Assembly (NCBI GenBank): GCA_043823745.1
Contig: JBDRAN010000028.1
Coordinates: 67,116-131,115, forward strand
Direction of reading: 5' to 3'
Length of the DNA stretch: 64,000 nt
Source of the DNA: Candidatus Omnitrophota bacterium
GTDB lineage: Bacteria; Omnitrophota; Gorgyraeia; Duberdicusellales; 4484-171
Below are positions 57,797 through 64,000 of this stretch, piece after piece (within the stretch, counting starts at the first letter, position 1; each line of letters begins with the position of its first letter). The notes under the pieces were generated by a model. That model ran no database searches, was not told where the DNA came from, and saw nothing but the letters and a program-made list of their open reading frames with translations. The position numbers were made by a program, and so were the translations under genes.

Positions 57797-58090
57797 ATGA
57801 AAAACACCATGAACAAAAAAAAGAATTCCGTTAGCGCACTCGTAACTTTTATTCTAATCTGTTTCCCAGCAGCCCCCGGTTTTACCCAAGGAACCCAGGG
57901 CACCCTCGCACTAAAAGGCCCCCAGTTTAATAAGACGCGCGTTGCCAAAGAAATCCAGGGGGAAGTGACATGGATAGCCCGTGACCGCATTGCTCTTGTC
58001 TTTAGCAGCACCGCCGATAGCGAGCAAGAGATACTGCTTCCCTTTGACGCGGATGCCCAGATTGTGCACAAGAGATTGAGGAATTCATAA
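57797..58090 (+). pseudogene. Truncated 5' duplicate of the 59003 gene
   Basis: PQFNKTRVAKEIQGEVTW.ARDRIA.VFSSTADSEQE.LLPFDAD.QIVHK is shared, then the copy stops. Confidence 0.85.
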
Positions 58091-58150
58091 AAGAAATGAG
58101 TTATGAAGAGTTTGTAACCACCAAAGTGAACGCCATTGGAAAGGTGCATG

Positions 58151-58173
58151 GATTCAACCTGCGAGGTTGAATC
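58151..58173. repeat. Perfect hairpin gattcaacct-gcg-aggttgaatc upstream of the HEPN gene
   Basis: 10-bp stem read directly. Confidence 0.7.
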
Positions 58174-58185
58174 GGTGAAAAGGTT

Positions 58186-58578
58186 ATGAAGGAAGAGACC
58201 AAAAATTGGTTAGAGATGGTTGAGTATGATTTAGCTACGGCTCAAGAAATGTTTAAGGCAGGCCGTTATGTCTATGTTATTTTTATGTGTCATCTGGCTA
58301 CCGAGAAGGTTCTGAAAGCGATAATCTGCGAAGAGACAAATAAGGTTCCTCCCAAAACACATGATTTAATTTATTTGGTTAATCTTGGGAAAGTTGAGCT
58401 GTCTAGTGATTTGCTGGATTTTCTTGGCATAATAAATAATGCCGGTATAGTAACAAGGTATCCTGAAGATTTATCAAAACTTGTTTTAAGTTATCCCGAA
58501 GAAGTCGCTAAGAAATATTTAGACAAAACACAAGAGGTAATAAAATGCATAAAGCAAGACCCGAGGTTAAAGAAATAA
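58186..58578 (+). CDS. HEPN-domain protein
   Basis: WLEMVEYDL, FMCHLATEKVLKA, PKTHDL and TRYP. Confidence 0.9.
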   Translation: MKEETKNWLEMVEYDLATAQEMFKAGRYVYVIFMCHLATEKVLKAIICEETNKVPPKTHDLIYLVNLGKVELSSDLLDFLGIINNAGIVTRYPEDLSKLVLSYPEEVAKKYLDKTQEVIKCIKQDPRLKK

Positions 58579-58868
58579 TAGAAGAATATAAACAAGCGTT
58601 AAAAGCATTGGGAATTAATGCTGAAGGTGTGATTCTTTACGGTTCACATGTATTAGGAAATCAGAGAGAAGACAGCGATATAGATGTGATGGTTGTCTCA
58701 AAAGATTTTAGAAATTTAAACTTACGAGAGAGGCTTGAGATTTTGGGTATAGCAGCCGCAAGGATGCACAAACCCATTGAAGCAAAGGGATATACCCCAG
58801 AAGAAATAGAGGCGGCTCAAGAAGCCAGTTTTTTAAAAGAAATTTTAGAAGGGGGGGTTAGTATTTAA
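58545..58868 (+). CDS. MNT nucleotidyltransferase
   Basis: ILYGS...DSDIDV and YTPEE. Confidence 0.9.
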   Translation: MHKARPEVKEIIEEYKQALKALGINAEGVILYGSHVLGNQREDSDIDVMVVSKDFRNLNLRERLEILGIAAARMHKPIEAKGYTPEEIEAAQEASFLKEILEGGVSI

Positions 58869-59002
58869 GAGGTGAGGCCTCCAAACAGAGTGAGAGAAAA
58901 AGTGTGTAGCATACCAGTGCACTCTGTTGGGTAGCCCAACGGGACACCCTGTTGGGTAGCCGAAGTACCCTCGTAGAGGATGATGAACCTTAGTTAGAAA
59001 AA

Positions 59003-59476
59003 ATGCACAAACAATCAAGCGTCATGAACATGAGGAAACATTATATTGGTGCGCTCATAATTTTTATTCTAATCAGTTTTCTGGCAACTTCCGGTTTTGC
59101 CCGGGACACCCCCGAATTAAAAAAGCCCCAGTTTAATAAGACGCGCGTTGCCAAAGAAATCCAGGGGGAAGTAACCTGGCTGGCCCGTGACCGCATTGCC
59201 GTTGTCTTTAGCAGCACCGCAGATAGCGAACAAGAGATGCTGCTTCCCTTTGATGCGGATGTCCAGATTGTACATAAAAAAGGATTACGCGACATCGGCG
59301 TCGGCGACGCGGTAAGTGTTGCGTACGAAGAGGTAACCGAGGAAACGCCGGAAGGCGCAAAAACCAGGCGTAAGGCAAAATCAATAACTTTTTTACGCAA
59401 GGCTCCGGCTAAGCCGACCCCTTATGGCGTAGAGGACAAAGATACGGGAGTGTTGGTTAGCGGCGTTGGGGAGTAG
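59003..59476 (+). CDS. Hypothetical secreted beta-rich (OB-fold-like) protein
   Basis: Signal peptide; LRDIGVGDAVSVAYEE...KAKSITF. Confidence 0.75.
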   Translation: MHKQSSVMNMRKHYIGALIIFILISFLATSGFARDTPELKKPQFNKTRVAKEIQGEVTWLARDRIAVVFSSTADSEQEMLLPFDADVQIVHKKGLRDIGVGDAVSVAYEEVTEETPEGAKTRRKAKSITFLRKAPAKPTPYGVEDKDTGVLVSGVGE

Positions 59477-59550
59477 TAAGCAAGTTTGATAAACGTTGTG
59501 CGAAACCCGGTAATGTTACCTAATATGGAAGGCTTCATTTTTAAATCTTT

Positions 59551-59844
59551 ATGATCGGGCAGAATATTCAAAAAGTAATACGTACGATACATGCTGGCGC
59601 GCGAAAGGCTGCCGGTAATTTCGGCATGCCGGATGCAACAGCGACCCGCGTTGGCCGCTCGCTGCGTTCCGCCCGCGTTCTTCTGTCGTTAGTACTAACC
59701 TTTCTACTTATTATCGCCGGCCTGCTTTTCTTTGTACCTGAGGCGCGGGCCTATCAGATTAAGCGGGTGGTGAGAGGAAATACAACGTTGGACTTAACCA
59801 TTTTTGGAATAAATAAGGTGGAAGGGGCGTTTGGAGGTAGTTAA
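59551..59844 (+). pseudogene. Truncated, diverged 5' duplicate of the large gene at 61286
   Basis: SLRSARVLLSLV...GLLFFVPEARAYQIKRVVRGNTT versus SLRSARVFASLV...GLFFFVRQAHAYQIKRIIRGNYT; homology ends near 59793. Confidence 0.85.
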
Positions 59845-59846
59845 AG

Positions 59847-60152
59847 ATGGGAGTTAGATTAGATGCGATAACTAATTATGCCAAGAAGATAAAACAGAGA
59901 TTCCATCCTGAAGAAATTATTCTTTTTGGTTCATACGCGGTTCGAAGGGCAAGCAAAGATAGCGATGTTGATTTGTTAGTAATTATGGAGACTAAACGAA
60001 GGCCAGTAGAGCAGGCTGTACTTATAAGAAAAGAATTGCCCTCTCCTTTCCCCCTAGACCTCATGGTAAGAAAACCAAAAGACATAAAGGAAAGAATAAA
60101 AGAAGGGGATTTCTTTTTGAAAGCAATCCTCGAAACGGGTAAAAGATTATGA
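59847..60152 (+). CDS. MNT nucleotidyltransferase
   Basis: IILFGSYA...DSDVDLLV. Confidence 0.9.
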   Translation: MGVRLDAITNYAKKIKQRFHPEEIILFGSYAVRRASKDSDVDLLVIMETKRRPVEQAVLIRKELPSPFPLDLMVRKPKDIKERIKEGDFFLKAILETGKRL

Positions 60153-60297
60153 AGGAGTTAACTAAGGAGTGGATTAAAAAAGCAAAGGAGGAGAGAAGAT
60201 AATTTCAACATTTCTGCCATATAAGGAAAAGGTGCGTAAGAAGTGTAGAGGTCAGATGGGGTTGCGGGAAGAAGAAACTAGGAGGAGAGGGGTTTAA
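60149..60297 (+). pseudogene. Internally deleted HEPN remnant
   Basis: MKELTKEWIKKA stub coupled to the MNT by ATGA, followed by a KVRKKCRGQMGL tail resembling a HEPN C-terminus. Confidence 0.6.
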
Positions 60298-60299
60298 CG

Positions 60300-60635
60300 G
60301 TGAGCGATAATCTTCGTAAAGAAAAATTAGAAGCTGAATTTAAAAGAATCGTAGAGATATTGATACATAAATATTCTCCCGAGGAATTGATTGTTTTTGG
60401 TTCGTTTGCGCGCGGTACCATAGGTGAGAACAGCGATATAGATTTAGTAATTATAAAGAAGACACATAAGAAATTTACTGAAAGAATCGGAGAAGTAATA
60501 GAACTCTGTCATCCTACGATGGCAGTTGATTTTATTGTCTATACTCCTGAAGAATTTGCGCGCCTCGAAACAAAAGAAGACTTTATAAAAAAGGAAGTGG
60601 TGGAAAAGGGAAAAGTGATTTATGTTAAACAATAA
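60300..60635 (+). CDS. MNT nucleotidyltransferase
   Basis: VFGSFARG...SDIDLV and VYTPEE. Confidence 0.9.
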   Translation: MSDNLRKEKLEAEFKRIVEILIHKYSPEELIVFGSFARGTIGENSDIDLVIIKKTHKKFTERIGEVIELCHPTMAVDFIVYTPEEFARLETKEDFIKKEVVEKGKVIYVKQ

Positions 60636-61056
60636 CGAAACGAATAAATATGGTTTTTCGGTGTGGCTACAATTTGCTGAGGAGGACCTTCTTTCAGCTG
60701 AGGCTCTTTTAGAGAAGAAGATACATAATCAGGTCTGTTTTCATAGCCAGCAATCAGTAGAAAAGATACTCAAAGCCTTCCTAAAATCTCAGAAGATACT
60801 ACCACCTAAGATCCATAGCTTGTTAGAATTATTGGAGATGTGTAAAGAAAAGAATAACAAGTTTTGTACACTTCAGAAGGGATGCGCATATTTGAGCAGG
60901 TTTTATCTGTCGGTTAGATATCCAGATGCTTTAGCAGGTGTTTTACCAGAAGGGTTGCCGAGTTTCGAAGAAGCTAAGAGGTCATTGGCCTTTGCCGAAG
61001 AGATTATTGCATTTGTAAAGAAAATATTGTTAAGCCAAAGGAATTCCAGCGTGTAG
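60622..61056 (+). CDS. HEPN-domain protein
   Basis: WLQFAEEDL, CFHSQQSVEKILKA, KIHSL and VRYPD. Confidence 0.9.
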   Translation: MLNNNETNKYGFSVWLQFAEEDLLSAEALLEKKIHNQVCFHSQQSVEKILKAFLKSQKILPPKIHSLLELLEMCKEKNNKFCTLQKGCAYLSRFYLSVRYPDALAGVLPEGLPSFEEAKRSLAFAEEIIAFVKKILLSQRNSSV

Positions 61057-61226
61057 GTGGGAAAGGTTAATTTAGGGGGAGAGGGTTAATTCGACAAGAT
61101 GTCACAAAATGAGCATTGTTGAAAGTGTCAACCTAAGGATAGAAAGAGATGGGTAAGAAGGAAAAAAGAAGGTTAAGCGTCAGCGAAAACACTCCCTTTC
61201 CCATTCCAATGCGGGTTTGGAAGGGG

Positions 61227-61267
61227 TTAATTGCACAGATAAGGTTGAACCTTAAGTGTGCAATTAA
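61227..61267. promoter_or_regulatory. Long imperfect palindrome just upstream of the large gene
   Basis: ttaattgcaca-gat-aaggtt-g-aacctt-aag-tgtgcaattaa. Confidence 0.5.
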
Positions 61268-61285
61268 GGGTGCAGTATAGGCTAT

Positions 61286-64000
61286 ATGCGGCAGGGAATT
61301 AAAAAAATATTTATTCAGACAATTAATGGCCTCAAGAGGACATTGGGTGCACGCGCGGCCGGCGCGCAGGTAAGCCGCCTTTCGTACTCTTTACGCTCGG
61401 CGAGAGTGTTTGCCTCTTTAGTGTTCATTCTTCTTGTCGCAGCCGCCGGCTTGTTTTTCTTTGTGCGCCAGGCGCATGCCTATCAGATTAAGCGTATTAT
61501 CAGGGGTAATTACACATTTCTAATAGGTACAGAGGCAACTACCATAGATATCAGCGGGCAGCTTGGCGGTACGGGGATTAACAATAGCAATGCCTTTATC
61601 CTTTTGAGCAGGCGTCATACAAGCGATTCGCATTCCGCCGGAGATATCCTTAATGTAATCGATGACCCCACAAACTTGCTCTTGGCGCGTATTAATTCTG
61701 CTACTAATGTTAGTACTGAGTATCAGGTGGTTGAGTTTAATTCAGGCGTGAGTGTTCAGTCAGGCATTACCACCATACCTGAGACTAAGGCAAATAAGAC
61801 CATTACCCTTCCTGATAGTGTCAATGTAAGCAGGTCTATTCCGATTTTAAGCTGGAAATCGTTTAGGACATCAACCAGAGCTGATGAGATGAATTTTTTT
61901 GCGGCGAATATCACTTCAGCTGATACCTTATTTATCGGCCGCTCGGAAACCAGAAGCGGCTTTAATAATGATATTGCCTATCAGGTTGTAGAGTTTGACC
62001 GCGACGTTAATGTTACCAAAGGCCAGACGCTTCTTACCGGAACTTCTGTTGATGCCACGGTTTCTCTTACTGATATGAATAAAACATGGTTAGTATTTAA
62101 CACCATGCCTTCGGGAACCATCAACGGTGAAGACGGTGCATACCCGGTGAGGGGTTACTTAACCAATAATTCCAACCTGCGCTTTGAACGGTTTGATACT
62201 GTGGGTAATGTGACTATTTACTGGTTTTTGGCGGAATTTCAAAATAATGCATTGACGCAGACTGCAACCTCTTGGCAGAACGCTACTAATATAAGCAACA
62301 CTAATCTGAGCGTCTCGCCCCAATGGGATTTAAACAGAACCACGTTTTTTCATTCCGTAAGTCTTCAGTCAATCAACCAAACCGACGGTGAGCTCTTCTT
62401 TACCACGGCCCAGCTTAATCAAACGAGCAATGATGTTAATTTGACTGTCAGAAGAGATCTTGCGAGAAATAGCGCGCTGGGAATTGCCGCCAGCATTATA
62501 GAGTTTCCCTCTTTAGATGTGATTACTCCTAACGGAGGAGAAGGTTTGACTGTAGGCCAAACACAGGCGATTACCTGGAAACACGCTGACTCGGCGGCAG
62601 GTCATGACCTGACTATTGCTTTATGTAAAAGCGGCTGTGACCAGATCGCTAATTACAATATTCTGGTCGCAAGTAACGTCAATGCTTCAAACGATACTTA
62701 TAACTGGACTATCGGGAATACGGTCAACAGCACCGCTAATCCTATTAACGGCACCCTGCGTGTTGCGCTTATCGATACGACCGCCCGCAGCTGGGCAACG
62801 ACCAATCAGACAAGCCGCAACTGGGATATTTCCAATAATAACTTTACCATTAACGGTTCAGTGACCATGATTCTTCCCGACGGGGGCGAGACCTGGTATA
62901 TCGGAGAGCTGCGAGATATCACTTGGGATAAGACCGGTAATTTTAACTATACTTCATTTAATATTACCTTATCCGATAACGGGGGTAGCAGTTATGCCAC
63001 GGTTATTAACGGTGATGTCACGCAAAATCAGACCATGGCAAACTGCGACGAGAATGACAATACCTGCTCCTACGCCTGGAGCGTGCCCAAGGGATTTGGA
63101 AGTAATTATAAGGTTAAGGTTTCGCTTAATTCAAATTACCCGACGCCGGTTAATACTACAACAACCGGCGTTTTTACGATTACCGGCGATATGAACTTAA
63201 CGCTGCCGGTAGGCGGTGAGGCTTGGTATGTCAATGATACCGCGCGCGCCATCAACTGGACCAAACACGGAAACTATAGTGGCATTTCGAATTTTAATAT
63301 CACCTTATCTACTGATGGCGGTGGAAGTTATACCACGGTTGTCGCGGCCGGGGTTAATCAGACCGGAAACTGCTCCGGAGATAATTGCTCCTATGCCTGG
63401 AACCCGCTGTACTATAATTCAAATAAAACCCTGCGCGTTAAAGTCAATCTTATGTCCGAACCGGTCAATATTACCGGGAGCTCAAGTAGTAATTTCAGCA
63501 TTAAAGGAAAACTCAATGTTACCGCGCCGACTACCGGAGACAGCTGGTATGCTTCGACGTATCACGATATTGCCTGGACCCGGTACGGTAACTGGACCTC
63601 GCCCGGAGCCCCGTACGGCGCCAACTCCGTAAACTTAAGTTATTATTTTCCCGCTGAAGGAATCAATTACACGATTATGGATAATATTACCGGAAGCTGT
63701 ACTAATTACGCAACGTATTCTAATTGTACCTATAATTGGACGGTTGACCCGGGCGCGGTGGGCGCTAACGTGCGCGTGGTTGCAACAAGCACTCAGGATC
63801 CGGCGCTGCAGATTTCCAATGAGTCACAATCGTTCGCTGTCTCGGCCTATGTTACCGTTACCAAGCCTACGGGCCTGCAGAATTTTACTATCGGCGAAGC
63901 AATGAACGTGAGCTGGAATCTTTCGGGTAATTTCCCATCAAGCCACGTTTGGTATTCCAAGAATAACGCCACAAACTGGGTGCGCGTCACGGACACAGCA
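61286..64000 (+). CDS. Large secreted/surface repeat protein, 5' part; runs off the window and is absent from the ORF track
   Basis: Hand translation is open for 905 codons. Long signal peptide ending AHA, about 4 YQVVEF-type repeats, then Ig-like PxGGE.W...I.W repeats with Cys pairs; very rich in N-X-S/T. Confidence 0.92.
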   Translation, partial: MRQGIKKIFIQTINGLKRTLGARAAGAQVSRLSYSLRSARVFASLVFILLVAAAGLFFFVRQAHAYQIKRIIRGNYTFLIGTEATTIDISGQLGGTGINNSNAFILLSRRHTSDSHSAGDILNVIDDPTNLLLARINSATNVSTEYQVVEFNSGVSVQSGITTIPETKANKTITLPDSVNVSRSIPILSWKSFRTSTRADEMNFFAANITSADTLFIGRSETRSGFNNDIAYQVVEFDRDVNVTKGQTLLTGTSVDATVSLTDMNKTWLVFNTMPSGTINGEDGAYPVRGYLTNNSNLRFERFDTVGNVTIYWFLAEFQNNALTQTATSWQNATNISNTNLSVSPQWDLNRTTFFHSVSLQSINQTDGELFFTTAQLNQTSNDVNLTVRRDLARNSALGIAASIIEFPSLDVITPNGGEGLTVGQTQAITWKHADSAAGHDLTIALCKSGCDQIANYNILVASNVNASNDTYNWTIGNTVNSTANPINGTLRVALIDTTARSWATTNQTSRNWDISNNNFTINGSVTMILPDGGETWYIGELRDITWDKTGNFNYTSFNITLSDNGGSSYATVINGDVTQNQTMANCDENDNTCSYAWSVPKGFGSNYKVKVSLNSNYPTPVNTTTTGVFTITGDMNLTLPVGGEAWYVNDTARAINWTKHGNYSGISNFNITLSTDGGGSYTTVVAAGVNQTGNCSGDNCSYAWNPLYYNSNKTLRVKVNLMSEPVNITGSSSSNFSIKGKLNVTAPTTGDSWYASTYHDIAWTRYGNWTSPGAPYGANSVNLSYYFPAEGINYTIMDNITGSCTNYATYSNCTYNWTVDPGAVGANVRVVATSTQDPALQISNESQSFAVSAYVTVTKPTGLQNFTIGEAMNVSWNLSGNFPSSHVWYSKNNATNWVRVTDTA

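Noticed and set aside
57797-59476. Stub/gene pair as a DGR template and variable repeat
   Set aside because: Mismatches involve all bases and are mostly synonymous, not A-specific.
55497-61056. TA cassettes as an integron array
   Set aside because: No integron integrase. GTTARR precedes some starts, but I could not find matching RYYYAAC...GTTRRRY attC structures.
62616-63632. Three short + strand ORFs in the track
   Set aside because: They are off-frame shadows of the long ORF starting at 61286.
1-64000. rRNA/tRNA genes
   Set aside because: None recognised by eye; a tRNAscan-SE/Infernal run would be needed to exclude them formally.

Overview
A bacterial window of about 50% GC, read by eye. 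Gene content suggests Omnitrophota or a similar PVC-type lineage, but that is inference. It has five blocks. (1) The end of a sensor kinase plus a stand-alone receiver protein. (2) A ~38 kb glycosylation cluster (1.5-39.9 kb) led by an STT3/AglB-type oligosaccharyltransferase. It holds three more GT-C-like membrane proteins (one TMTC-like), GT2/GT4/GT9 enzymes, heptose/branched-sugar enzymes and ten radical SAM proteins. (3) A divergent secretion operon: MerR-like HTH, ExeA-like ATPase, GspC/PilP-like protein, and two secretin + coiled-coil/TPR modules. (4) An AT-rich island of four MNT/HEPN pairs containing a truncated IS607/TnpB element and 5'-end stubs of neighbouring genes. (5) The first 905 codons of a large secreted repeat protein that is missing from the ORF track; it has roughly 50 N-X-S/T sequons by hand count. 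The best candidate for a new system is archaeal-style protein N-glycosylation coupled to secretin export of a hyper-glycosylated surface protein. Intergenic regions also hold several small repeat families: a TTAA-flanked MITE, inverted 7-mer arrays seen with and without a four-helix-bundle gene, and REP-like units.
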